Part shown: positions 52,096 to 60,977 of the stretch, piece after piece
Numbering within the stretch: the first letter of the stretch is position 1
Layout of the letters: every line of letters begins with the position of its first letter
NCBI GenBank assembly: GCA_964408285.1
Contig: CAYOYV010000002.1
Coordinates: 136,194 to 200,193, forward strand
DNA: 64,000 bases
Direction: 5' to 3'
Origin: an uncultured Nitrososphaerota archaeon
Lineage (GTDB): Archaea > Thermoproteota > EX4484-205 > JAAOZO01
Position numbers and translations under genes: made by a program
Notes under the pieces: model-generated
Databases searched by the model: none
Told to the model about the DNA's origin: nothing
The model's input: the letters and a program-made list of their open reading frames with translations, nothing else

Positions 52096-53103
52096 TCAGC
52101 CGAAGTATCTTTTCAAGACCCCTAGGGCGCCGAGGGTAATCCATTTGCTCGGTTTGGTTTTTTGTTCGATGTTCGTCTGAAAGCGCCCGTTGAAAGTGCT
52201 TTCGAGCTTCCATTTGCCCTCATCGTCTTGTTTCGAAACAACCAAGTCTATGGCTTCTTGCATCCGTTCGTCCTTATAGCCGAGCTTCGTAAGTATTCCC
52301 AGAATTTCTAAGACATCTGTCTGGTACATCAAAGGGAAGCCGAATCTCAACCAACCGGGCTTAGATACGCGGCTTAGGTCGTGACTTCTTTTGTAGATGT
52401 GGTGTTGAAGAAAATATTCCGTTCCCTTCTCGATTACGTTTTCCACTTCCCCGTTTCTCTTTGTCTCTGGGATTTCCGCAAGCGCTTTCAACGCCTTAGC
52501 CGCACCCATGTGGCAGGTATGCTTCCCAAAACACATTTCAAACCTTTCGTAAGGCCAACCTCTAGGCCGCTCCTCTATTCCATCATCGAATCGTTGATAG
52601 GTTACAATCCAGTCTATTCCATGCTGGACCCTTTGGTCTTCGAGATAACCGAGTCTGATCAGACTCCAGACCATGTTACCCGTCAAGCAAGGAATCACTC
52701 CGCTATGCAAGCCCCCGCCAGTTTTTGCACTGGTACAATAAGAGAAGCCGCCGCTTTCGCGATCTTGAGAGGTGCTAAGTATGAATTCACAAGCCTTCCT
52801 AACGCGCTTATCTTTTCCATCGGCATCAAGTTCGGCAAGGATCAAGAGCTGCCACGCCGTTCCCTTGTATTTGGCCGTGTAGAATCTCCCAGGCTGTTCC
52901 CAGTATCCTGCTCTGTTCTGTTTAGCCAAAATCTTCGGAACGACGCCGATTTTCATTATTTCATTCCTCGCCCTCTTAACTTCTACATCCTTCTCAGACT
53001 TTCCCACAATGTCGGTTAAGGCAAAGAACCGTACAGAAGGATTATCACTTTCCAAAAGCCAATCCGTCTGGTCTTCTTTCAAAAGCGATTTCCAGTCATG
53101 CAA
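52096..53103 (-). CDS. Prenyltransferase/squalene-cyclase-like (alpha/alpha) repeat protein
   Basis: WLLE..NPSVR, QNRAGYW, FGFPLMYQTD, QDDEGKW, PSKWIT. Confidence 0.75.
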   Translation of the reverse strand: MHDWKSLLKEDQTDWLLESDNPSVRFFALTDIVGKSEKDVEVKRARNEIMKIGVVPKILAKQNRAGYWEQPGRFYTAKYKGTAWQLLILAELDADGKDKRVRKACEFILSTSQDRESGGFSYCTSAKTGGGLHSGVIPCLTGNMVWSLIRLGYLEDQRVQHGIDWIVTYQRFDDGIEERPRGWPYERFEMCFGKHTCHMGAAKALKALAEIPETKRNGEVENVIEKGTEYFLQHHIYKRSHDLSRVSKPGWLRFGFPLMYQTDVLEILGILTKLGYKDERMQEAIDLVVSKQDDEGKWKLESTFNGRFQTNIEQKTKPSKWITLGALGVLKRYFG

Positions 53104-53185
53104 TTGGTTTCACTCTCATTCAGACGAGCTTGTTGGCTTTTAAGCAAATCGCCTAGGCAACAGCGTGCGTTTCGGTCCAGCACAG

Positions 53186-53212
53186 AACTGACTGAACTAA
53201 TAAACTCTACGA
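53186..53212 (+). repeat. 27-nt dispersed repeat, also at 63968-63994
   Basis: AACTGACTGAACTA-NN-AAACTCTACGA, 25/27 identical. Confidence 0.8.
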
Positions 53213-53270
53213 CTTTCTGACGGATGCTGCCAACTGGCAACTATTCGATTAGACGATCAGCTAACTCGCA

Positions 53271-53861
53271 CTATGGACCCCCTTGAATTCTTTTCTGTAC
53301 TCTCTTCCAAGAATTTGTAGTGAGGAAACTTTCTTTCATGTTGTGAACCATACGCTCGAACTTGAGCATGGGTACAGAAAACGACAATATGTTCTGTGGA
53401 ATAAGGGAGCGCGGTGAAACATCAAACAATCCTATGACTGCTCTTGGATGGATAGAGTCTTTCTCAAGAAAGGGATACGTTACGATTGAGGAACACCCTG
53501 AACCCCAAGGAGTGAAAACAGCGTTGGGTTCCGTTACTTCAAAATTCGCCAATGTGAAGAGGCCTGAAAGCACATCGGGGGATGCGAAAAAGATTACGAC
53601 TTCGGGTTCATCCGACTCACTCAATAAGTCCCACCTCTTGAAAACCATGAATCTTCCTGGGGCCTTGAACGATGGAAGAAGCTTGAGCGCCTCGGCAGCG
53701 ATTTCGGGGAGGTCGGTTCCTACCGAGACGACGAGAAGACCTATCACCATTGTGGGTACGCCGAAAGCCGCCGCGAGATGTACTGCATGATCTACTCCCC
53801 GATGGCTACAATACGCAAGCAAGGCCATTCCCAAGACCAATGACGCGAGCTCAGTAATCAT
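53271..53861 (-). pseudogene. Chimeric ORF: Na/Ca exchanger N-terminus joined to DUF169 C-terminus
   Basis: VIGLLVVSVGTDLPE then VFKRWD..PEVVIFF..PDVLSGL..GSGC..GLFDVS. Confidence 0.65.
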
Positions 53862-54064
53862 TTCGGATGGCCTGGTTTTTCGCCCTAATATATGTTTGGT
53901 TTTTCACACGCGGCGATGCACGCAGGCTAGTGGGACTGGAAGGCTAAAGGACTTCGCCCAGCCGACCCTCACTCTTTTGTCTCGGCTTCACGACCGCTGC
54001 AGACCGGAGACTGCTGCGAGAAAAACGATACACTTATCTACGACAAGGCCCACTCATAAACGGG

Positions 54065-54127
54065 ATGGCAAAAAAGAAAGCGAAGCCTGTAAAGAAGAAA
54101 CCAGTGCCAAAGAAACCGACATGCTAG
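54065..54127 (+). CDS. Putative 20-aa lysine-rich micropeptide
   Basis: MAKKKAKPVKKKPVPKKPTC*; CTTATCTA upstream, oligo-T downstream. Confidence 0.5.
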   Translation: MAKKKAKPVKKKPVPKKPTC

Positions 54128-54280
54128 TCTGGGAATTCGGCAAGTCAGTATGCTCACCTCCTTTTTTTGCATTCACGTACGAGACCGCGGTGGCTGACCC
54201 GCGCGCAAGCCGTGGGCTCACGGCCGTGAGCTGTGACCGAACCTACACGCTCTCTAGATAGAAGAATGAAGAGGAAGGTT

Positions 54281-54343
54281 CTATACCATGCGTTATTTCC
54301 CTGATTAGGTCAGCCGCCATTATCATGCCCGTGCCCCGATTGC
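54281..54343 (-). repeat. EF-1alpha 3'-end remnant, copy 2 (frameshifted)
   Basis: AIG-/-TGMIMAADLIREITHG; aligns with 59731-59796. Confidence 0.7.
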
Positions 54344-54422
54344 AGAGGTAGTTGTTAGGGGAAATGCCTCAAGATACCAATGACGATCAGTCGAATTTGC
54401 GAATCTTAGTGAACTTGGGGCC

Positions 54423-54782
54423 TCACAGTATTAAGCCTGAAGCCCTTACTCCTCTGGCGTCGCCGGACGTGGGATCTATTGCTATGCCTAGGTCTTCCAT
54501 AACAGAGGTCCCCAGTAGCGGCTCAGGAGATTCGAGCACGGCGGCCAGGGCTATGCTCTCACCATCCAGGGCGTTCGCATAGACCACGACGAGGGGTGCC
54601 TCCGTCTTCCTTCCGTCTGCCAACATCAAGATCCTAGTCGCTACTGGAGCCAGATTAAGCTCAGCGGCCATGACCGGGGGCAAGACCATGTACGAAGAGC
54701 CGGTGTCGGCCAAGAATTCTACCTCTTTCAGTCTGGACTTGTCCGGCGGACCGACCAAAGCCTTAATCTTCACATATTCCAT
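54423..54782 (-). CDS. Clan AA (retropepsin-like) aspartyl protease, copy A
   Basis: FLADTGS, PLLG, LGIAIDP. Confidence 0.88.
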   Translation of the reverse strand: MEYVKIKALVGPPDKSRLKEVEFLADTGSSYMVLPPVMAAELNLAPVATRILMLADGRKTEAPLVVVYANALDGESIALAAVLESPEPLLGTSVMEDLGIAIDPTSGDARGVRASGLIL

Positions 54783-55003
54783 GTTGCAATAAACACCAAG
54801 ACATCGAGGTATATAGACCGACCCGGATTGGCTATCTCAAGATTGTGATGATGCGCGTTCATGTTCTGTACCAATGCCTCTGATTTCGGTCTTGATGTCC
54901 AACTTAAGTGCCAAGTCTGTTTCGATCCAGCAAATATCACTGAAGTATTGAAAAACGAGATAGGGGTCGTGCGCCTCGTTGTGAATCGTCGCGTCCCTGG
55001 AAA

Positions 55004-55240
55004 TCAGGACGTTGAGGGCTTACGTAATCGGGCCATTACATAGTAGAGGGAGAAAAGTCCTGAAGCAAAGAAGATGATACACAGAATCACGAGCACACCG
55101 CGTTGAACTCCGATCCAAAAAACGTCTGAATGTAACGGGAAATCTGTCGTGAGCAAGTGCCAAGCAATGGACAAGGTTGCAGGAATCAGCACAATCGAAC
55201 TAATAGCATATAGGAGTATCCTAGATTTGTCGTTTCTCAT
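55004..55240 (-). CDS. Small two-TM membrane protein
   Basis: Two hydrophobic helices; TATA-like box upstream. Confidence 0.55.
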   Translation of the reverse strand: MRNDKSRILLYAISSIVLIPATLSIAWHLLTTDFPLHSDVFWIGVQRGVLVILCIIFFASGLFSLYYVMARLRKPSTS

Positions 55241-55524
55241 GGGGTTAAGTCAGGTCAACAGACGTATATGGATCTTTTCGCTATAGACACAGTTGTAGCA
55301 TGAATTAAAAACCTCCGAAGGCAAGGAGTATAATTCGCACTGGTATCGTACAGAAGGCAGATGCGTCCGCGCGCGATGACCAGAAGGTGTGTGATTGGGG
55401 AGTAGCACGCGCCGTTTTAACGTCATGAGCGGTCACCAAGCACTCAAAGGTTTAAATAGCGCAGAGAATTAGGCCCCACCAGATCGGTTTTTTCACATTT
55501 GACCGATTCGAGGCAACAAACTAT

Positions 55525-56094
55525 TTGGGCATTAGAGAGAGGATAGAAAAGTTCACTAATGGTCTTATGGGGAATGACGACATTGCTAAGATTGCAAGGA
55601 GATACCTTGTGATGAACTCCTTCGACGGTGTCCTGACCATTCTAGGAGTCGTCGTTGGAATCTACATGGCTGATGGGGCACCCCATCCTAGCATTGTTCT
55701 TAGTGCAGGCCTAGGTGCAAGCTTAGCGATAGGCATCTCTGGATCGGTGGGCACTTATCTTACTGAGAGGTCTGAGCGGACAAGGGAAAAAGCCAGTAGT
55801 GAGGACGCGCGTAGCAAGGACGTACATGGGGAGTCTTTGCTCCTAGCCCTTGTTGATGGTCTTTCCCCGCTGCTCGCTACCTTGATAGCGATCATCCCCT
55901 TCTTCCTGGCTTTGAAACACATAATCTCGATTGAGGCGGCGTTCATCTTGTCAATAATCATCATCTCAGGGGAACTCTTTGGCTTGGGAGCCTTTCTCGG
56001 CAAAATCGCTGGAAGGGATATTGTCCTTCACGGACTGATCACTGTGTTTGCAGGGGCAGCTACATTCCTAGTAGTTTCTGCACTACCTTTCTAG
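55525..56094 (+). CDS. VIT1/CCC1 family transporter
   Basis: RRYLVMNSFDGVLT, GISG..YLTERSE. Confidence 0.82.
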   Translation: MGIRERIEKFTNGLMGNDDIAKIARRYLVMNSFDGVLTILGVVVGIYMADGAPHPSIVLSAGLGASLAIGISGSVGTYLTERSERTREKASSEDARSKDVHGESLLLALVDGLSPLLATLIAIIPFFLALKHIISIEAAFILSIIIISGELFGLGAFLGKIAGRDIVLHGLITVFAGAATFLVVSALPF

Positions 56095-56136
56095 GTATAG
56101 ACTGAACTACTAACAAAACGCTTGTGCGCGCGCGAG

Positions 56137-56280
56137 CCCCCACGCACTTTCTCGATCTTTCTTACTTTTTTCTCTATTCTCCCTTTTCTGTTCTCTCTCA
56201 GTACACAGTACACCACAATATATCACTATATCACCGTATCACGTATTTCGCATATATTGTATATATCACATACAGAGCAC
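56137..56280 (+). repeat. Variant copy of the 61001/63944 repeat element
   Basis: CCCCCACGCACTTTCTCGAT ... four TATCAC ... ATCACATACAGAGCAC. Confidence 0.6.
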
Positions 56281-56350
56281 ACCCGTGCCTTGACTTGTTC
56301 CTCCCGCCTCCGTCACTCATGCTTTTATAGCTGGGCCTAAGAACTGGAAA

Positions 56351-57163
56351 ATGTCCTATACATTGGACAAAGCCAAACAAGCAAAGGCCAAGGAAATTCA
56401 GAAGCAGGTCAACGAGGCCCTCGAGGATTTCAAGAGGAATTTCGAACCGGAATTGAAGAAAATGGGCCTAGTGGCCCATTTCAGCCTTTCAGGCTTAGAC
56501 GCAGAGGAAGGGAGGCCGGGTAACATGATTGCAAGATTCATTGATAAGGATGGAAACCAGGTGGCGATCGTCCGGTGTCTGGACATCTACGAATACGTTT
56601 CTCTGGAATTCCCAAGGCATCGCGTGTACTTCCCTGCAACGATCTGGCGCACAATTGTCAGGGGTTCCTTGCCGTTCACGCTCGTGTTCAAGGAGATCCA
56701 TATGGGCCTATTCAAGGGGTTTGAAGGGTACTTCGTGCCTCTAGATTCGCTGCTCTCCATGACGAAGGAGCAGGAGGGGCAACTGCTCAACGATCCAGTC
56801 CTTCGACATCCTCTCACAGCGGCCTTGAACGCAGACAGGAACCTCGCGGAGAACATCCTCAAGAAGCTCTATTTGTCCGGGGAACTCTACTTGGATGTCT
56901 TTAGGAGACTGAATATCACACTTTCAGATCCCGGAAACCGATGTGTGATCATGCCCGTCGGAGAGGAGACCGCAATCTTCCTCAGAACCGTGGAGTACGA
57001 ACCCAACATTGAAAGAATGCTTGAGTTCCTCTCAGCGATTCGCGGACATGTCCTTCCTCATGTCCAGATAGGAAGCGTTGTGGGCACATCCCCTGCCCCT
57101 GTGTTCAACGCTCTCTATTTCCTCGCCCTCGAGTCGGGACCAACAAACCTGGAATCCAAGTAG
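56351..57163 (+). CDS. Hypothetical protein
   Basis: 270-aa ORF with TTTTATA box upstream. Confidence 0.7.
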   Translation: MSYTLDKAKQAKAKEIQKQVNEALEDFKRNFEPELKKMGLVAHFSLSGLDAEEGRPGNMIARFIDKDGNQVAIVRCLDIYEYVSLEFPRHRVYFPATIWRTIVRGSLPFTLVFKEIHMGLFKGFEGYFVPLDSLLSMTKEQEGQLLNDPVLRHPLTAALNADRNLAENILKKLYLSGELYLDVFRRLNITLSDPGNRCVIMPVGEETAIFLRTVEYEPNIERMLEFLSAIRGHVLPHVQIGSVVGTSPAPVFNALYFLALESGPTNLESK

Positions 57164-57216
57164 GACTGAAGCCCCGCGCGCGTCCGATGAAAAACCGGAG
57201 AGACTGGGGATCTTGA

Positions 57217-58038
57217 CTAGGGAGGTGGTGGAGGTGGCGGAGTCATGAAAGCACGGTCGCGCTGTTCCATTATTTCAGTCCTCAGAGTTTCGACTTCCAT
57301 TATGTCACCGAATTCCAGCTGTTTGGGCTCAATGGTAGATGCAGGTGGCTGGGAAAAACCCTGTGTTACCACCTCTTTCAAGACGAGGTTTGATAAATTC
57401 TTGTAGATTGCTCTCCTGGCTGTCACAACTAGTTTCTTCCCCCCGAATAGTGGTTTCTTCACGTCACAATTGACTATCTCAGTCAGGGGTATTTCGAGAG
57501 AGAACGCCTCCAGTGCTCTGTATCCATGGTAGATCAGTCTTTGACCTGTTAACAGGAGAAAGCCCCGGCTCTCAAGTCCTCCTACACCCTTAACCCTCTT
57601 CACGATTGTCTCTCCTTCCTCCAGCTTCATAGGGATTGGAATGGCGCCAAGGGCAAGCGTAGCGATCCTTCGCACAGTCTCGTTTTTGTCCTTGACCAGG
57701 GATTCTACCAGAGATTCAACGACTTCCTTTGTCCTATTCCCCTCAAAAGCCCAAGCTTTCCCGTCAGGATCAGAAGCAGCGCCGAGAAAACTGAATGAAA
57801 GAGCAAGTGCCGCTTCCGAGCGAACCTCGGCGTTTTCATCCTTGAGCGATTTCATCAGTGGTCCAACGACATTTTCTAGCAATGGTGCAGCGACCTTTTC
57901 TTCCTGTGCGATCTTACCTATGGCTGAACTAGCATCGCGGCGGACGTGCCAATCGTCATGCTCCAGTGCCCTCAGCAATCCCTCGATATCTGTCCTTTTT
58001 CTCAGTTCTCCAATATTCGGTTTGGAATGATTGGACAT
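57217..58038 (-). CDS. HEAT-repeat protein with PH-like domain and poly-Pro tail
   Basis: WHVRRDASSAIG, EVRSEAALAL, GFLLLTGQRLIY, PPPPPPP. Confidence 0.75.
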   Translation of the reverse strand: MSNHSKPNIGELRKRTDIEGLLRALEHDDWHVRRDASSAIGKIAQEEKVAAPLLENVVGPLMKSLKDENAEVRSEAALALSFSFLGAASDPDGKAWAFEGNRTKEVVESLVESLVKDKNETVRRIATLALGAIPIPMKLEEGETIVKRVKGVGGLESRGFLLLTGQRLIYHGYRALEAFSLEIPLTEIVNCDVKKPLFGGKKLVVTARRAIYKNLSNLVLKEVVTQGFSQPPASTIEPKQLEFGDIMEVETLRTEIMEQRDRAFMTPPPPPPP

Positions 58039-58167
58039 TCCTTGGGCGATTGATTGGCACGCCTATCTGCTATAAATTCATTTTCCTGTCAGAGCTGAAG
58101 AGATATCGTGTGTGTGGGGGTTGAAGTCTTAGAACCTGATACTAGTCTGACGCAGGCTGTTTGCATA

Positions 58168-58206
58168 CGCGAAATACTCTATATATGTGGAAAGATTATC
58201 GAAAAA
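58168..58206 (+). repeat. Conserved ~39-nt motif next to EF-1alpha remnants
   Basis: 32/39 identical to 59683-59721; partial copy 60410-60433. Confidence 0.8.
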
Positions 58207-58219
58207 TGAGATGAGTGTC

Positions 58220-58291
58220 CTAACGCTTCTGTGTGATTTCGCTGATTATGCCAGCCGCGATTGTGATGCCCGCGTCCCTGATGGCGCGCCC
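58220..58291 (-). repeat. EF-1alpha 3'-end remnant, copy 3
   Basis: Minus strand reads GRAIRDAGITIAAGIISEITQKR*. Confidence 0.8.
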
Positions 58292-58570
58292 TTCGAGATA
58301 GGTCTACGAATGCCTTGGGTTCTTGGCCGAGGCTCCTTCGATGATCAGGAAATGCTCATGGATGTGCAAGAGAGTGCACAGCCTGGGTACAAGATACGTG
58401 ATTCAGATGTCTCGCGATCCTGTCACTCTGTTGAGCCGGAGTTCCTCTTCGCGCACGCGACCTAGCCAATGGAATCAAACCACAAACCGCCTCTCGATCG
58501 TCTGCGAAAGGGAGCGATGCGGAGGGGCCTTAATATGATAACGCTTAAATAGCCTGTGGTGGGATGAAAA

Positions 58571-58822
58571 GTGGGACGTTTGGCAGACGAAGCTACAGTG
58601 GACGAGAAGGGCAGGATAGTGATTCCAAGAGATGTGCGTGAAAAATATGGTCTGCGTCAGGGAGCCAGAGTTAGGCTGAGGAGAGAAGGTAGGGGGATAG
58701 TCGTAGCAAGTTCAATATCCCCAGAGAAGTTCATCGATGAAATGGAGGGGTTTATCAAGAAAGGATCTAAGGTTACACAAACTGACCCCCTACGTCTGAA
58801 GAGAATCTGGGAAATGCCTTGA
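58571..58822 (+). CDS. vapB: AbrB/MazE-type antitoxin
   Basis: VDEKGRIVIPRDVRE..GLRQG. Confidence 0.88.
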   Translation: MGRLADEATVDEKGRIVIPRDVREKYGLRQGARVRLRREGRGIVVASSISPEKFIDEMEGFIKKGSKVTQTDPLRLKRIWEMP

Positions 58823-59223
58823 TTTACATCGATGCCAACTATTGGATATATTGGTTTGATGGACGTTTGCCGGAACACAAACATGTGCTGACTACAATGA
58901 GAGAATCCATTCGAGAAGGCATCTTGATGAATGCGGTTACGCTTATTGAGGTTGCGCATTATTTCCGCCATCTACCCAGAGAGGAATTCCTAGATAGGAT
59001 GACCGCCATACAGGACTTGGACACATTAACCCTAGTCAACCTAGATGAGGAGATCTCGAGGCTCGCGTTCGAACAACTAACCGAATATGCGAAGATCGGC
59101 ATTGGTGGTAGAGATAGTGTGATTCTTGCAACAATGAAGGCTGCCGCCGTTAGGAGGATAGCCACTCATGATAGTGTGTTCAAGAAAGTAAAATCCATTA
59201 AGGTGATTGATGCAATCACCTGA
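58819..59223 (+). CDS. vapC: PIN domain toxin
   Basis: IYIDAN, E, RDSVILA, ATHD; TTGA overlap with antitoxin. Confidence 0.9.
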   Translation: MIYIDANYWIYWFDGRLPEHKHVLTTMRESIREGILMNAVTLIEVAHYFRHLPREEFLDRMTAIQDLDTLTLVNLDEEISRLAFEQLTEYAKIGIGGRDSVILATMKAAAVRRIATHDSVFKKVKSIKVIDAIT

Positions 59224-59254
59224 ACTGTTTCGATCTTCCCGCGCGCGTGAAGCT

Positions 59255-59512
59255 CTATGTTCTTGTGCTTTCGTCAGAGCCTTCTGACCTCTTGGCGCTG
59301 GATTCTTCTTCTATCTTCTTCTTTTTGGCCCACTCTTCCAGTCTGCTCCCAAGAACCGCCACGAAGAAACCCGGGAGACCAAAGAACACTCCAACGGGTC
59401 CAAGCCCCCCGAAGACGGCAGCCCCGATTCCGCCTAAGATCAATAGCACCCCGAGTGCAGAGACACAAATTCCAAGTATCCTTAGAGCCTCGTAGAAGGC
59501 GGGAGAAGCCAA
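59255..59512 (-). CDS. Small membrane protein
   Basis: Two Gly-rich TM helices, charged tail. Confidence 0.55.
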   Translation of the reverse strand: MASPAFYEALRILGICVSALGVLLILGGIGAAVFGGLGPVGVFFGLPGFFVAVLGSRLEEWAKKKKIEEESSAKRSEGSDESTRT

Positions 59513-59730
59513 CCCTTTTGGTCTTGAGCCTTCGCTGCTACGTAGCTATTTAAGACTAAGAGAGACGCGCGCGAGAAATATTCCTGATATAATTTGTATG
59601 ACAGTGAACGCGCGTTCTGTAGGTTTCGTGGCCACGCGCGCAAGCTCGCGCGCTCGACTTTGACAACCGGATCTAGCATTCGCGCGAAAGACTCTATGTA
59701 CGTAGAAAGATTACTAAAAAAAGAATAGGC

Positions 59731-59796
59731 CTAACCTTTCTGAGTTATTTCTCTGATTACGTCAGCCGCGATTGTCATTCCCATGTCCCTGATTGC
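59731..59796 (-). repeat. EF-1alpha 3'-end remnant, copy 4 (best preserved)
   Basis: Minus strand reads AIRDMGMTIAADVIREITQKG*, then oligo-T. Confidence 0.85.
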
Positions 59797-59878
59797 AGAA
59801 GTACGCGCTAGGGGGAATCCCTCAGGACATCCATGACGATCAATCGAAATTCCGAATCCTAGTGAACTCTGAGCAGCG

Positions 59879-60238
59879 TCATAGCATTAGGCCTGATGCC
59901 CTCACTCTTCTGGCCTCGCCTGACACGGGATCTATGGCTATACCTAGGTCTTCCATAACAGAGGTCCCCAGTAGCGGCTCGGGAGATTCGAGAACGGCGG
60001 CCAGGGCTATGCTCTCACCATCTAAGGCCTTGGCATAAACTACCACAAGGGGTGCCTCCGTCTTCCTTCCGTCTGCCAATGTCAAGATTCTAGTGGCTAC
60101 TGTAGCCAACTTAAGCTCTGCTGCGATATGTGGGGGCAAGACCATGTACCAGGAGCCAGTGTCGGCCAAGAATTCTACCTCCTTCAATCTAGACTTGTCC
60201 GGTGGACCCACTAAGGCCTTAATCTTCACGTACCCCAT
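59879..60238 (-). CDS. Clan AA (retropepsin-like) aspartyl protease, copy B
   Basis: FLADTGS; 107/119 aa identical to copy A. Confidence 0.88.
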   Translation of the reverse strand: MGYVKIKALVGPPDKSRLKEVEFLADTGSWYMVLPPHIAAELKLATVATRILTLADGRKTEAPLVVVYAKALDGESIALAAVLESPEPLLGTSVMEDLGIAIDPVSGEARRVRASGLML

Positions 60239-60514
60239 GTCTCAACAAACGTAGGGCATCGAGGTATATAAACCGACCCGGATTTGAGCAGGTCTTAGAG
60301 AATCAGCCTTGATGGGCTTGCGATGGTCATGTTGTGCTGCGCATTAATAGGATTCCGTTATGACTTCTTCAAACTGAAGGGTCTATTCCTTCGCCCGAGC
60401 TTGAGTACCATGTGTGTAGAAAGATTATTAAAACTAGTGGCGCGCTCGTGGGAGAGGGTTTCGCAACTGATGGACCGCGCTCTCCTGATGCGTCAAGCCT
60501 TATAACCGAACCGG

Positions 60515-60940
60515 ATGCTGACTCCTCAAGTGCTAGTCGGCGAAAGGCCTCTGGGTGTTACCATTGTGGGCATTTTGGTCTTCTTGGACAGCGGACTCAT
60601 GATGATGATCGGGTTGAACACGGGTTTGCCCCTTAGTTACCTCGGAGGTCCAATGAGCTTGATAGGAATCTTATGGCTCTTCTGTGCAGTGATTGGGATG
60701 ATTCTCTCGCGGGGATTGTGGTCTAGGAAGTGCTGGGCATGGCTCGCGACATTGATAGTGACGGTACTCGCCGCAGTCGGACTGATTGGAGGGTGGATCG
60801 CGCTTATTCCGCAGGTCTTCCGCGGCGGCATTGTGAGTGCCTTTGTGCAGGATGCTATCATCATCTACTACCTACTCGGGCCAAATGTAAGAGCTTGGTT
60901 CGCGCGTGCCTCTTCACTAGCTCCACCACCACCAAAGTAG
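60515..60940 (+). CDS. Four-TM membrane protein with Pro-rich tail
   Basis: RPLGVTI, GLW..K.WAW, IIYYL..PNVRAWF. Confidence 0.75.
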   Translation: MLTPQVLVGERPLGVTIVGILVFLDSGLMMMIGLNTGLPLSYLGGPMSLIGILWLFCAVIGMILSRGLWSRKCWAWLATLIVTVLAAVGLIGGWIALIPQVFRGGIVSAFVQDAIIIYYLLGPNVRAWFARASSLAPPPPK

Positions 60941-60977
60941 TGCAAGCGCGTCGTGTGTGGATTAAATTTTAGTTTGC

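Noticed and set aside
52096-53103. Nitrogenase NifH (a label often given to this family)
   Set aside because: No GKGGIGKS P-loop or Fe-S cysteines
58108-58140. Tn7 end (TGTGGG...AAGTCTTA)
   Set aside because: Similarity is short; no tns genes or repeated TnsB sites
58187-58465. 92-aa plus-strand ORF
   Set aside because: Antisense to remnant 3 and overlaps the conserved motif; no protein features
59731-59796. IS110 transposase fragment (IPGIG..TAA.I.AEI-like)
   Set aside because: AIRDMG and EITQKG* with a shared stop fit the EF-1alpha C-terminus much better
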